64,000 bases of DNA from Schizochytrium sp. TIO01. Taxonomy: Eukaryota; Protista; Bigyra: Labyrinthulomycetes. The notes under the pieces are model-generated. The model was given only the letters and a program-made list of their open reading frames with translations, was not told the DNA's origin and made no database searches. Location of the stretch: positions 2,790,001 through 2,854,000 of the forward strand of contig SMSO01000032.1 in assembly GCA_004764695.1 (NCBI GenBank), read 5' to 3'. This document shows positions 35,777-48,800 of this stretch, piece by piece; the stretch's first letter is position 1; the number at the start of each line of letters is the position of its first letter. Made by a program: the position numbers and the translations under genes.

Positions 35777-38458
35777 TCAAACAATTCCAAGCGTGTGGGT
35801 TGAGGGAATATGCGAACTCGCATTCGAGGTCGAAGAATCAGAAGTATTGTGTGTGCTGATTGCACGTAATGAAGTGGCATCCGTGCGTGTCAGTTCGCTC
35901 TCACGGACAGCAAGCTCCGCATTCGATGCTTGATTATGTGTCAATGCATGCCGAAATGAAGTTGTCGCCGCGTTGTTACCATCGCCAGAAGACGAGGTAC
36001 TCAACGAAGATTCAGAACGCTCTTCCTGAAGAGGCTGTTGTTCAACGCTTGCATTTAGGTGATCAGAAGCATAACTAAACTGGTAATACATAGAAGCTGC
36101 TTGGCGCTTCGCATGTTCATCAATGCGTCCCAGACTATTTTGTTTGGAGCAAATGAGGGCCAACAGAAGAAGGAAAAACCCCAAGCAAGTTCCAGCAATT
36201 GCACACCTGAGGATCACATGATCATAGCCTCGGTAAAAGCAAAGTTGGCCCTCCGTGCACCCATCATAATAGTCATACATCACTTCCAACGAAGTCGCGT
36301 TCTTTACAGAAGCTCGAGATTCTGCTAGGTTTTTGCGTTTGAGAATAGCTCGTTGCATATTGGACATATTAATGCAAACGAGGAGGCCAACATAGAAACC
36401 AAATGAGAAAAAGCCCAAGCACGGGGCAAGAATTAAAGAAACACATGATCCTCGAAGTAGCACGTCAAGAATAATCACACATGTAAGGAAGGATACAGAC
36501 AGCGCCAACGGTAGAAAAAAAATGCCCATATTGATGTAAGTGTCCACGGTAAAGTGAGTGCGCGAGTTGCTTCCACAGGTATTGACTAACGCATCTTCAT
36601 CAGAGAGAATCGAACCATAGAATGTCGAAGCAAGGTCAAGCGACTGGCGCAAGTCTAAGCAATCTGCTGTCGTGTAGATGTCTGAGTCTTTGCAAGGTGT
36701 CCAAAAGTATCTTTCGAGAACAGAAGCCGCAGAGGACTTGTCTCGTAAATCCAAATAATAGGTGAGTGTGCATTTGGACCAAAGGTCTTGAAGCCAGGTT
36801 CTTTCGGACCAGTAGGAGAGGTCACTAATTTTTTTGGTGGGGCTGTCTAGCGCTTCGGCAATGGAATTGGGCGCAGCATTTTTACAGAGAGAGAATGCAT
36901 TGTCAAAGTGCCCTGGCCAACTTGTGGTAGAACTTTTGTTGAAAAAACTTTTTCGGCAAGTCGTGAGAGTATCTGAGGAGGTACATTCTTCGCCCAGAAT
37001 AAACGAAGAACCTGCTTCGTGTGATGTAAGAAAAGAACGAGAACCGCACAAATGACTGTTGTAGGCATTTAGCATGTCGCTGACTGAAGAATTCGGTGCT
37101 GCAAGATTGCGACCTGTTTCCAAATACTCCGCTGAGACACTACTTTCTTCTGAGCAAGAAGGAGCGGTCTTGCCAAGGCTCACCACTTCACTTGACAAGG
37201 TTGAAAGCAGAGATGAAACTGTGGAACCCAGACTTGTGTTGTTTCGAATTGCAGTGTGTCCTACTAAAGATAAGATGCAGGCCCCACTGAGCTTGCTGCT
37301 AGAAGGACCAGTGACAAGCATATCGATCTTGTCAAAAGCGAGACACAACGGATGATCCTTTGAAGAGTTGTAAAACAATACGGCCAATGGTCCGGATGTA
37401 CTTCCATAGGAGGAAATGCTGTTAAGAGAGTTAGAGTATATTGCCATCGTGACAATGTCTTCGGATGAGGTTGAGATCTCTGCGGGTGCACTACTAGCTG
37501 TCGAATCAATGTCGAAGGCTGAACAAAGGGCAGATACAAAATTATCCAGGTATAGACCCTCAGCGAGTTCCTCGAGCTCTTCAAAGTGTTTCTCGCAATC
37601 GGAGTCGCCATCACAAACTTCTGACTCGCCGCTGTCTATCAATTGCACAGCCTTTGTAGCATAGTACGCTAGGTTGTACACAACATCATCATCATCATCG
37701 CCAGATGTCGCTGATACGCTGCTGGAGTCCGGTTGACTGCTACTGGAGAACTCATCAGCCCCCCCTCCACCAAGAATTCGGCCTGATTGGTGGCTGGTTG
37801 ATGAAGACGTCGACGTGGATGATGACTTGGAGGAGTCTGCCAGCATTGCTACGAGTGGGGTAACCGAGTTTGTCACAGTCTCTTGCATAACAAGAGTCCA
37901 AAGAAAGAGCATAGTGTGGTCATAAAACGCGTCTGTTTGTTCAATAAGAGATTCATAAGAGCTGGAAAGATTGGTATCCAAGAGTGAGTCAACAGAGTCA
38001 TAAGTTGACCACCAGGAATAAGAAAGGTCGCCATATTTCAAACCAAGTTCTTCCCCTTTTGCAGAAAGCCATGCATCCTCGCAAGCTTCTTGCGCCGTGC
38101 TATCGGTCGCCTTCCCTGCCATGCTTTTTAGCAAGATGAGGCTCAATGCATTAAAAGTTGCGTAATTCATAGTGCGAGGATCTGGCAAAAGCACAGTTGA
38201 GATGAGAGATCGCGAATAAGTCTCTGATAAGAAATCAAAGTTTGAAGTTCTTTCGTAGCCTTCGGGCATAGAGTTATTTAAGCATGTCGGGTCATATGTC
38301 GTACTGAAAAGTCCAATCTGTAGCAAGGGCGAATCATCTGTGCAGAGCGGCGGCAGTGTTACATAGCCATAGTTGCGTGTGGCAGTCTGTACAAGCCCAA
38401 GGACTAGGCCAAACCAAATAAAGAGGCCTAAAGCTCCACCAGCACAGGAGGGCTGCAT
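35777..38458 (-). CDS. Four-TM membrane protein with very large Cys-rich first loop, paralog B
   Basis: 893-aa ORF sharing IWFGL.LG, TL.P.C, SS.DHPLCLAF, LCG, WP...D..F.LC, CTL..YL and QLC with paralog A. Confidence 0.8.
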   Translation of the reverse strand: MQPSCAGGALGLFIWFGLVLGLVQTATRNYGYVTLPPLCTDDSPLLQIGLFSTTYDPTCLNNSMPEGYERTSNFDFLSETYSRSLISTVLLPDPRTMNYATFNALSLILLKSMAGKATDSTAQEACEDAWLSAKGEELGLKYGDLSYSWWSTYDSVDSLLDTNLSSSYESLIEQTDAFYDHTMLFLWTLVMQETVTNSVTPLVAMLADSSKSSSTSTSSSTSHQSGRILGGGGADEFSSSSQPDSSSVSATSGDDDDDVVYNLAYYATKAVQLIDSGESEVCDGDSDCEKHFEELEELAEGLYLDNFVSALCSAFDIDSTASSAPAEISTSSEDIVTMAIYSNSLNSISSYGSTSGPLAVLFYNSSKDHPLCLAFDKIDMLVTGPSSSKLSGACILSLVGHTAIRNNTSLGSTVSSLLSTLSSEVVSLGKTAPSCSEESSVSAEYLETGRNLAAPNSSVSDMLNAYNSHLCGSRSFLTSHEAGSSFILGEECTSSDTLTTCRKSFFNKSSTTSWPGHFDNAFSLCKNAAPNSIAEALDSPTKKISDLSYWSERTWLQDLWSKCTLTYYLDLRDKSSAASVLERYFWTPCKDSDIYTTADCLDLRQSLDLASTFYGSILSDEDALVNTCGSNSRTHFTVDTYINMGIFFLPLALSVSFLTCVIILDVLLRGSCVSLILAPCLGFFSFGFYVGLLVCINMSNMQRAILKRKNLAESRASVKNATSLEVMYDYYDGCTEGQLCFYRGYDHVILRCAIAGTCLGFFLLLLALICSKQNSLGRIDEHAKRQAASMYYQFSYASDHLNASVEQQPLQEERSESSLSTSSSGDGNNAATTSFRHALTHNQASNAELAVRESELTRTDATSLRAISTHNTSDSSTSNASSHIPSTHTLGIV

Positions 38459-38689
38459 AATCCCTACCAGGTGTCTGTAGAGCTAGAATTAGATTATGCA
38501 GAAAAGTAAACCTGTGCTGCCTTTGAAAATTTGCTCTGCCTAGAACGATTTGAAGCACTAATGATGTTGAGATACGATAAAATCAGGTGCGGCAATGTGC
38601 CGCCCAAATAAATGGGCCAACGATAAGCGCAGTCTCCTCGAACCTTGCAAAGCCTCACAGCTTATTCTGAGTATTCAGACTTTCTCCAA

Positions 38690-39400
38690 GCGCGAAGAAA
38701 AGTATGCAATAGGCTTTGGTTGTCCTCAGTCTTTGTTGCTGACCTCCACAATAATGGGAATATATATAAATTTGTATTTCCTAGCGCGGAAGATGCTTTC
38801 GTCCACTTTGATGAAGACAGATTTTTTCTAGACGCCCTGTACGCGAGACTACAAGCTCTCCAGAAGAAGCGTCGCCGAGGTCAACTCTCTCGTTGCACTG
38901 ATCGCCGCGGAGGATCGGTAGGGCCGCGGAGGTTGATTCAAGATGGGAATCAAGTTCCCCAGGGACGACCAAAAGACGAAAGACAGTCAAATTAAAGTTG
39001 GATCCGTGCAGAGGTCGATCGGAAACGTGGTAGCAGCAGCAGCGCCACCACCATGCCTCGGGTCCGCAGAATGGACGCTGCAAGAAGCTTTACACAGCTG
39101 AGACGATTTCTTCGAATAATTAGTGAACATAATGAATGATAAACTGCATAATCAATACCTAGATAGTAGTACATAGGTACCTCTTAGTAGGTAGTAGGAA
39201 TGAATGATGTTCTTTTACGTTATCAACAGAAAAAGCGAATATGAAGAACGAATGGGATTAAAAGAACGAATTGTGATAGTCATGGTTAATACAAGGTGGA
39301 TTGACCAGAGGTTTAGGGCCAAGGTGCTGAGATTTCTGACTTTTGGAGGGGGCTAATTCATCAGCGTGTATCCTGGGACTTTGAGAGTTTGACACAATTG
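38690..39400 (+). pseudogene. Kinase relic, TKL-like (I-VIII)
   Basis: YAIGFGCP (I), LARKML (II), MDAARSFTQLRRFLRII (VIa), IDQRFRAKV...TCTGACTTTTGG at 39300-39346 (AKVSDFG), PGTLR (VIII). Confidence 0.65.
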
Positions 39401-40319
39401 AGAACCACTGTCTCGGTTATGGAGGGTTTGCTGGAGATTGAGGTTTGCGAATAGAATCAATGAGGGCTCGTTTTCTGATGGAGACATGAAAGCATGAAGC
39501 CTAAGCTACGGCCTAACTAAAAATGCAATCGCTTGCTTGTCTTGGTCACTGTGCGAGGTGGCGTAGGTTTGTCGATTTATGAATGAAGGGGCGAAGATGG
39601 AATCAATTTGCTGTTCAAGTATGCGAACTTGTGGAGCCATGGACAATTTTTCTTTATAAAAGAAAAAAGAAAAATATGCAGAGCTGTTTGCCATATGGAT
39701 GTATGCTATGCAATATGAAGACGAGAGAATGTATTTGCACTATATTACTTTCGGCGTTATCTGGTTTGCTGGATTTGGTATGCTTTATTAGGCCCTGCAA
39801 TTACAGAACCATTTACGATAGGTACATGTGGTCCTATTTAAAACACGTACACACACCTAGTGAATCCATAGAAGATGTAGAAACCAAGATTCTTCGGCTG
39901 TCTTGTATATGCATTTTAATATTGATGTTTATTGATTGAATTCTTTTCGGACAACAGAGACTTTTAAAAAAAATCTTGGATAAGATTGAGTAACCCCAAA
40001 TGTTAAGAATCGCGTGTATTCAGATAAAATAAATAGAAGTTGGCTTTAGTCAACAAAGAGCTGAGGCATCGACAAACAAACCAAGTATGCTCAAAGAATC
40101 ATCCGAGATGGCTCATGGTTTCGTTGGCAATTAAGAAAGCTCCAGTACTAGCTCATACTTTCATTTTGCTTGCAAGCCACCGTATCGGGAGTTCGTCTGA
40201 TGGCTTATTACACCCACCGTAGTACTTGAGGCTCGTTGAGAGACCCTCGACTTTTGATGATGTCTTCACTTTCGCTATGGGAAGCTAATGTGTAATGTTG
40301 TACTACCTTGCTGCAAGTC

Positions 40320-40600
40320 TATGCGCTGCTTGACACAGGATTCAGGAAGTAGATGCTTCTGGAGCAGATGTCTGGGGTGGGGTGAGACGCAAAGTGCATA
40401 CAACAAAGATCTACATGATAGAATGAACCATTGAATTTAGGATGAAGACTATAAGGCTTCGCGTTGACGCAAAAGTTCAGCATAAGATATATGTATGCCA
40501 TGGGGTGACATGGATGATTTATTGTTGTAATGAAGTCTTTGCCATTGTAAAAACTATGCGCTTCCACTAGAATCTTGTCTAGAGAAACTACTTTCACTTT
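40320..40600 (-). pseudogene. Kinase relic (II-VIa)
   Basis: KVVSLDKILVEA, INHP, YIYLMLNFCVNA (YIYLVLEYCxNG), DICSRSIYFL. Confidence 0.55.
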
Positions 40601-40890
40601 CTAGTAAGTTTTCGGATTTCCTTTAGACAATGTCCTTTCAGAGGGTTGCAGTAGAGCCGACTTGTTCAAACGATTACAAGACGGGATGTCTTCGGGGCAC
40701 CCACTGTGCTCCCCATCAACAAAGTGCCAGACTTCGTGATTATAGGAATATTGCTGATCAAAACTTCCTTTATGGGCTGGGTGCGTTCATTTCAGTACTT
40801 AGTCCCTCCCGTCCAGCGAATTCTCATTCTCGTACATCTGGTGGCTGTATTATGCTCACACTTGTGTTGATGAAGTCAGAACTACGATAG
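40600..40890 (+). pseudogene. Kinase relic (VII-IX)
   Basis: KFSDF near 40606-40621, RGTHCAPH (GTxxxAPE), YRNIAD...YGLG (IX). Confidence 0.55.
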
Positions 40891-40999
40891 CTTTGGGAAT
40901 CATGAACTAAAACAACAAAAAACAGATAAAGCTGGCTAGGTAGATCTTTGTGGCAATCGATAGCTCTTGTCTTCCTTTTTTGCTCCACCTACGTACACT

Positions 41000-41240
41000 A
41001 TAGCTTGCGTGAAGTGTACGCCAGCACACTACTACTAGTACTGGATAGTAAGCTGCAAACTAAAAAACATGCGTGCGTGCATTGACCCGCCATGTTCACG
41101 AGTGAAACTAACGATCTGCGCTCCTTTCGAATAGTTATTATTTTATAACATGTAGCTGCAGCGGGCGTGACAGCGCGCAGCCGCAGCGACCTCTTGCACG
41201 CTGCTCCGAGCGCCGCTTCGGTCATCAACGCTTTCATTTA
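41000..41240 (-). pseudogene. Kinase relic (III-VIa)
   Basis: ALMTEAAL, KIIT...RSLVSL, SSVLAY. Confidence 0.35.
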
Positions 41241-41915
41241 TTACGGCACGCATCGTCACACAAGCAGGATGTCGCTTCTTCACTGTCCAAGATGGCGGCC
41301 CTCGCACAACACTTCCTGTTACCAGCCAGGTGCCGCGACGCTGATGACCTTTCGGAACCGAGGGCATCCATCTTGCCTCGTGCACGGTCTCTGAGCCAAC
41401 CTTCGACTGCCACAGCCCCAGGAGTCATATTGCAGAGCACGCCTGGGTGGGGCCTCAAAAGCAAGCTTGAAACTTGAAACTTGAATAGGTTCGCCATCGA
41501 CGAGCCTCGCTCTCGCAAACTTCGCGTTAAGCACTCGCAGACCGTTTCGATGCGTTCGTGAAACCTCGCCTTCACGTCCCATAGCTCACCAGAGTTCTAT
41601 TTATCTGTACGAGATCGGCCAAGCAGGCAATGGCCACTCCTCGCACGTACCTTCTCCTTCCACTCTTACATATTCCTTGGCTCTTCTTCCCTGTAATCCT
41701 CTCCGTCATCGCTGTCACCGCGGTCTGCCCGCCTATTTCGGCGCCCATTGCCTGCCGCCCAAGACAGCGACGGGAGAGAATGCCGGCAATCGCCGCAGCG
41801 TCATCTCCGTGGCTGCCCGCCTGCCATCAACGCATCGTTCAAGTTCTCGATGCCACGCATCCATCGACAAACAAATCTGCACTTCATGCGATCGTGCGCA
41901 GCCATCCGAATTGCA

Positions 41916-41946
<31 letters not shown>

Positions 41947-42284
41947 CTTCTTCTACCTTGGCAAAACAATCGCTTACAACTCCACATGCCGACTTCCTCC
42001 AGCTCCCTTCCAGCAGCTTCAAGCCACGAGCGCTCTGCTCTAAGGCACTCGTCACCAGCTCGAATGTCTGATCGCCATGAATCGAATCGAATCGACGTCG
42101 GCGTGGTTCTGTGCGGCTCCAAAGCTATTCATTCATCCCCAGAGCAGAGATTGTGCTCCGGTTTAAGTCCCTCCAACAGCGCAGAAGACGGTCGATCCTT
42201 ATCTACGACCGCTCAGCGGAGGTCTCTTTTCGAGCAGGAAATCGCAATCGTGAAGCAACAAACCAATCAATCAATCAATCAAAT

Positions 42285-42475
42285 AATCATATTCAATCAT
42301 ATTCAATCATGTTCAATCATATTCAATCATATTCAATCATGTTCAATCATATTCAATCATATTCAATCATGTTCAATCATATTCAATCATATTCAATCAT
42401 GTTCAATCATATTCAATCATGTTCAATCAACCATATTCAATCAATCAATCAATCATATTCAATCAATAAATCAAT
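42285..42475. repeat. 10-bp minisatellite (TTCAATCATA/G)n with 30-bp higher-order period
   Basis: Units alternate A,A,G at one position, giving NHIQSCSIIF-type periodicity; flanked by (CAAT)n. Confidence 0.9.
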
Positions 42476-42599
42476 AAATAACTAAATAAACGTGCAAGTG
42501 ATTTGGGGATGGATGGATGGATGGATGGATACAGACAGGGTACACACCTACCGTGTGAGTCACTCAAAACCCAGGTTCTGTGGGTGGACGATCGATCGA

Positions 42600-43870
42600 T
42601 GGATCATTCTCGAGATCATCTTGGACAAGAAAGCAAGCTTCCGCTGCGCGGAGCCGCTGCAGAACGCTCAGGCGGCGGCAAGCGACAGCTTGCGCGAACG
42701 AAGGCAGCGGGGCAGTTGCGCGGTCGCGAGCTGTACGGATACGGTCGGTCTTGGCTGGATCGATCGATCGATGGCTTTGGCCCATTTCTTCGACTGTTCA
42801 CGCGTGTTTTTCTGCAATCTATTATGCACGCACGTACTTACTTATTTCCCCTTTTGCTTTTTAAAGACAAGATCAAAGAATGATGTTATGAAAGAATGAA
42901 AGGAAAGAAAAAAGAAGATTAAAATCAAGATTAAAAAGAAGATAAAAAGAATACATGCACGAATGAAGGAAGGGATGAATGCAAAAAATTGAAATTGGAC
43001 AGACTAGCTTCGGACCGGCGAGCTATAACTACTGCCCCAAGCCAGCCAGCCAAGCACCTAGTCGTCCCACCCAGCTATCCGCCCAAACCAGCCCATAACA
43101 GCGTACGTGCAAAACCTCGCACCAAAAGCAGCCAAGCCAATAAACAATCAAAAACTCCTCCATAGCAAATCGCGAAAGCGAAGAAGAAACAAGAGTCAGC
43201 TCTAAACCACGTTTGCGAACCTTTACCCCCCACAGTCACCCCATTGCCTTCCCCGCAACCGCCGTCCCCATGGGCACCCGCTACCGTGTATCCGCAGATG
43301 CCACTTCAGTGACTACCGACTGTGGGGATAAGGGGCACCCGCTGCCGCGCGTGGCAGCCACCCGTTGCCAGCGGCTCCTTCTTCCTGAGCCGCTGCGAGA
43401 CGCCGCGTGGCACTCTTAGCTGGCTCGCTGGCCGCCAGGTAGAGCTGAAGAAATGGCTGCCCGAGACCCTTCGAGGAGCCTCGTTTGGCGCCAGAAGAAC
43501 CGCTTTTCTTGGGCTTTCGTGGTCGCTGTCGCGAGATCATGGGACCGATGGGTGAGTGAGTGAATGGATGAATTCATCGATCCTCCATCGATCGATTCTT
43601 CGCTGGGCTCGCTGAAAGAAAGGAAAGTAGTTGTGAAAAAAAAGAAAGAAAAGAAAAATAGACAAAAGTAGGTAAAATAGAAAGAAAGGCGGCGGCGGCA
43701 GTTCCCCGCAGCGGAGGCCCCGAAAGCCGAGAGGCGCCTCTGCGGGGCTGTGCCCTCCACACAGCCGGTAGCTTCAGAAGCTGGGAGGTAGAGGTGCGGG
43801 AACCCACACTGCCGGCGTGCATGGGAGGATGCACGCCGCCAGCACCGCCCGCCAGTACATAGGTAGTTGG
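42600..43870 (+). pseudogene. Kinase relic (I-XI)
   Basis: RGSCAVA (II-like), EL*LLPQ (III), VSADATSVTTDCG (VII-like), WLPETLRG at 43454 (VIII), SWAFVVAV.EIM (IX), CRRAWEDARRQHRP at ~43810-43850 (XI). Confidence 0.5.
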
Positions 43871-44399
43871 CCCCAAGCGAAAAGAAAGAAAGAAAGCACG
43901 CGACCAATCGATCGATCGATCTATCCGAGCAGGTAAACCGCCAGAGACACCCCAAGCAGCTCAGGCCCGGCTCCGCGAGGCCCTCACGAGCCCTCCCTCC
44001 TCTTCAGCCCCCCGTGCCTTCTTCAATCAGCGTCGAAGTCGAGCGGAGCGCCTCCAGGAGACAGCACACTTCGCGTTCGAATGGGGCAAAGGTAATGTGG
44101 GGATAAGCAGGGTCAAGAGTCGAGATTGTGCTGGGGATAGGACCGCATAGCGTAAACGGTAGGAGTGCGCGAGGTACTTTTGGTGCGAATTTTGGCGCTC
44201 CGAAGGCGTTTGTGACTTTTGTTTGTTTATTTTTGTTTGTTTATCTTTGTTTGTTTACTTTTGTTTGTTTTGAGCTTTGAAGAAAAGATGTAAATGAGAA
44301 AGAGCGCCGAAGTACGAATCATTCATTCATTCATTCATTCATTCAATCATTCGATCGTTCGTTCGATCGTTTGTAGACATCGTGAACAGTGCAAGAAAG

Positions 44400-45810
44400 A
44401 GCCTTTATAGGATGGGTTGGCAGATTGGTGGAGATGTCGGAAACGAAGAAGTCTTCGCCTGCGTTGCCGATCAGGTTTGGGCTCTACGAAGACGGAGGTT
44501 CCTGAGGTGCCGATTGGAGTGCGCGAAAGAGAGATATATAGAGAGAGAGGCTTTCATGAAGAGGCAAATGAGCAAATGACGAACTACAATGCGTGCACCA
44601 GCATGGATGAAAATGCCCTCGAGCTTCGTTGGGGAAAGAAGCGCCTTCCTGAGGATTATTTTCAAGAGCGCCTCGCGATTGAAAGGTTTTGGGCGGAGAA
44701 GAAGAAAAAGAAAGGCACTGATGTGATGATGAAAAGGGCGACCGCGAGAACCGGCGCGTCGTTGCCCTCTCTCCAGGTTTGTATGTGTGTGTGTGGGTGC
44801 CTGTGGAAACCAGTGATCAGATCACGTGACTCGAGCCTGTCCTGTCCTGGCCTTGGAAACGGGCCACAGGCCGCTCAGCATCCACCTCAACGATGCCCAG
44901 AGCAGTTCTGGGAGTTTGATCGATTGATTGATTCATTTATTGTTTCATTATTTCATTATTTCATTCATTCATTCATGCAATCAAGAAAAGAAAAAGAAAA
45001 AGAAAAAGAAAAAGAAAAAGGAAAAGGAGAAAGAGAGCGCTAGCTCTATTCTTTTCTTTCGGGCTCTTTGCTTTGCTCTCTCTCCTGAATCCTGAAAGCG
45101 AGCGTAGTCTCCTTTTTCGGTGCTTTTTGCCGTGACCGCTGGCTAGCCTGGTCCTAAGCGAGGGCGGTAGATAGGCGCTTTTGGTACCTGGTTCATCTGA
45201 TTTGAAGGTTCATTCCTTTTTCAGAGTTTCACAACAATTATTGCCGCCATGATGATAATATTGGTGTTTGTTTTAAAAAACTAAGCGCAAAATGTTTAAA
45301 AGTTGGTACCTACTACCAGGTATTAATAATAAGCATAACACCTGTTATTGTTTCTGTTTATTTCATCTTTTTTAAGTTAATTAAAGTTTTAAAAAAAAAA
45401 TAAAAAATAAAAAAAGGTGTCTGGGCTCAGGAAGAAAGGTCCTAGCGAGATTGGAGCCAAAACCCGAACCAGCTCGAGGCAGAGGAAGGCAACGACGCCA
45501 CGGCGACGCAGAAGAAGACGGATAGAATCTCTGCGGAGAGCGAGTGTTGTGACGCAGCTCGAAGGAAGTCGAGCAAACCCTAATCCTGATCGTCTCGTGA
45601 GCAGGTCTTGAGAGCGAGCGAGCGAGCGAGCGAGCTAAGCCTTAATACACCTCAGAGACAGACCCGGTCTGCACCGCTCAAGAACGCCGAGGCGAGGAAG
45701 ACAAGCAAGCATCCACTTGACAAAGTGGTACCACTCGATACCCGCGTGGCAAACCCAGAACTAGAATTGAACTTGAAGACCTTCGGGGTCGAGAACCTAG
45801 ACGCTGCGTA
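44400..45810 (+). pseudogene. Kinase relic (I-X)
   Basis: QIGGDVG..VF (I-like), KKRLPE, KPVIRSRD at ~44806-44830 (PVIHRD), EGSRANPNPDRL (VIII), TPQRQTRSA...E..TSKHPLD (IX), RVANPELELN (X). Confidence 0.55.
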
Positions 45811-45850
45811 AGGTTACGCAGAAGCCAAACGCGAAGGCAATTAATTCACA

Positions 45851-48800
45851 ATGAGGTCCGCAAGGAGGCGGAGTGTAGGGCTTGTACTAGCACTTTTGAT
45901 CGCTGCAGTATCTAGCTCGGGCACTCAAGCTAGCGTGGATGTAGCAAGCCTCGCTCTGCCCGGCTTCAGCATTCTGGAGAATGCACGGCGCGTGGTGGCT
46001 GAGGCTGTCAGGGAAGTCACAGGATATAACATAAATGCTACACAAGGAAACCTCACCGATGACCAAGCAAGACGTCTGAACGGCATGGGCTGCAGCATTT
46101 GCACCATGCCCACGACATCGCCGCCCACCCCGGAGCCAACCCCGAAGCCTACCGATGATCAGCCCTCGCCAACACCAGAGCCAACACCAAAACCAACCGA
46201 TGATCAGCCCTCACCGACACCGGAACCGACACCCAAACCAACTGATGACAACCCGTCACCAACACCGGAGCCAACCCCAAAGCCAACTGATGACAACCCG
46301 TCACCAACACCGGAGCCAACCCCAAAGCCAACTGATGACAACCCGTCACCAACACCAGAACCGACACCCAAACCTACAAACGATAACACTTCTCCAACTC
46401 CTGAGCCAACATCTAAGCCAACTAAAGCCGACTCTACGGCAGAGCCCACCCCCAAACCTACGAAGGAGCCTACCTCTGGGTCGAGCCCAACTCCAGAGCC
46501 CACGGCAGAAACCACGCCGCGGCCAACGAAGTCACCTACTTCGGGGTCTAGTCCAACTCCCCAACCCACGGCTGAGGATACGCCTAAACCTACAAAGAAA
46601 CCCACAACTCAACCAAGCCCTACACCGGCACCAACAGCCGAAACTACACCACGTCCAACAAAGAAACCTACGAACCAAGCGAGCCCAACTTCGGCGCCTA
46701 CTGCTGAGACTACACCTCGGCCCACGAAAAATCCTACAAACCAAGCGAGTCCCACTTCTGCACCTACTGCCGAGGCCACACCAAAGCCCACGAAAAAGCC
46801 CACAGACCAGCCCAGTCCTACTTCGGCACCAACTGCCGAGGCCACACCAAAGCCCACGAAAAAACCCACAGACCAGCCCAGTCCTACTTCGGCGCCAACT
46901 GCCGAGGCCACACCAAAGCCCACGAAAAATCCCACAAACCAACCTAAGCCCACTGCAGAGCCCACCGCCAAGCCCACCGCAGAGCCTACCAAACAGCCTA
47001 CCCGAAAGACTTCGACATCCAAACCAACCTCCAAGCCGACCCGAGAACCCACGCAGAACCCGACTTCTCAACCTACAGTTCGAGTGACTTCCGAAGAAAT
47101 CACACCAAGCCCTTCATCTGCCCCGAGCATGGCACCAACAGTGATGCCTACGCTTCTGCCAACAAGTGCTCCTACTAATTCCACCTGCAACAACTCTATT
47201 TGGGATGATGATGAGGGTGAATCTGATATAGATTGTGGTGGTGATCTTTGCCCAGCTCGGTGCAGGGTTGGAGGTGGCTGCTACGTCGCGAGCGACTGTG
47301 ACGGAAACCTCGTTTGTACATTCACCGGAACTGTGCTCCGTGGTTCTTGTGAAGAAGAACCGGAACCCATTCCAGTAATCATCAAGTACCCAACATGTAC
47401 ACCTGGTACCCGTTGCCTGCACAACAATGCGTCTGCCAGTGTAGACCCGTACGGAGTTTGCGTACTGACACAAGACAACTCCACTAATGACAAGGTTGGT
47501 CACTGTATTCCGACGTTAGATACTTTGCCGCCTCCCGTTGTTGTGACGGATGGGGAGTGTTTGTACCCTTGGCGTTGGATTATGGCTACAGTCGTCTTAG
47601 GGTTATCCTTGATCATCTCTGCTTGTGCCAAGGACCAAATGCTCTTTGTACAAGCTCTTGATCTCGGTCACATTATTGCAAGTGGTGCCTTTTTGGTACT
47701 CCCCTCTGCACCTGTGTGCTACCTTGCATTCGCGACGGAAATGCGATGGAGTACACTTGTTTTGTTGCCTATTCCGCACCAGCTCGAGCCTGATGAGAGC
47801 TTGATGAATATTGATTCAGATGATGATACAAATGGTCGGAGACTTATATCTTTCAGTACTAATTTGACATGGGAAGACGTTGGTCTCTCTCGCATGACTC
47901 AAGCTGTGGGCTTGGACCACAAGTACCTTCTTTGTGGATTTCTCATTCTCATGTTGGCTGTCATGCTTATCTATGCGGTGGTGCAGATCGCTATGTCTGG
48001 TATTAACAAGTGGTACTACTGTATTCGCGAGTCAGCTGTTCGCATTCCATACATGCTTTCATACCCCGTAATTGCCTTGTCAGCCTACACGCTCTATGTT
48101 GTCTTCATTGCCAAAGACGCCGACTCGGTGGCCCTTCAGGCCGGCCTTGCATTTTTGGCATTAGCTGTGATGATCATTAGCGTTGCATGGATTGCGATTT
48201 GCTTTCGATACACGTGGCCATCTGATCCTGCAAAGACATTTCGTTCTCTTCACGTTGACTGGAATATGCGTCACAGATTATTCTGGTGTGTGCGTGTCCT
48301 AAACAATGCTTTCCGCGGATTCTTCATTGGTTTAGTCACGCAGCCTGAACCTGTACAAGCTGGCCTTTTCTTTGGTGTCGGCGTTCTTTACTTCGTTGTG
48401 TTGGCATGGGTGAAACCGTACGAGTACCGGTCTACCAACTGGATTGCACTTGTAGCCGCATTCCTATATGTGATTAACACCACTATCCCAATCATCTTTG
48501 CTATGGACCCAGCACCATTCTCGACGAGCACATTGGAAGTACTCGGCGAGGTTCAGGTCTGGCTCAACGTGGGATCGCTCTTTTTCATGCTGGCTATTAT
48601 CATGAGCCAAGTCCTTGGCAAGCGGGCTGAAAAGCGTCGTGCGGCCAAAGATCAAATCGCAGAGGAAGGCAAAATCGAGGACTCTGAAGCCGAGCTTACT
48701 AAACACATGTTTGTCCTTGACGGCAGTGATGCAGTCTCGCAGGATAATGATTTGGAATCTGGTGGGGCTTTTGCAAAAGCAAGTTCTCGTGCGCTTGCTA

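Noticed and set aside
42285-42475. Possible CRISPR-like array
   Set aside because: Contiguous 10-bp units with no unique spacers, no cas genes, and a eukaryotic context.
46149-47087. Alternative-frame and antisense ORFs over the PT repeats
   Set aside because: Shadows of the repetitive coding strand.
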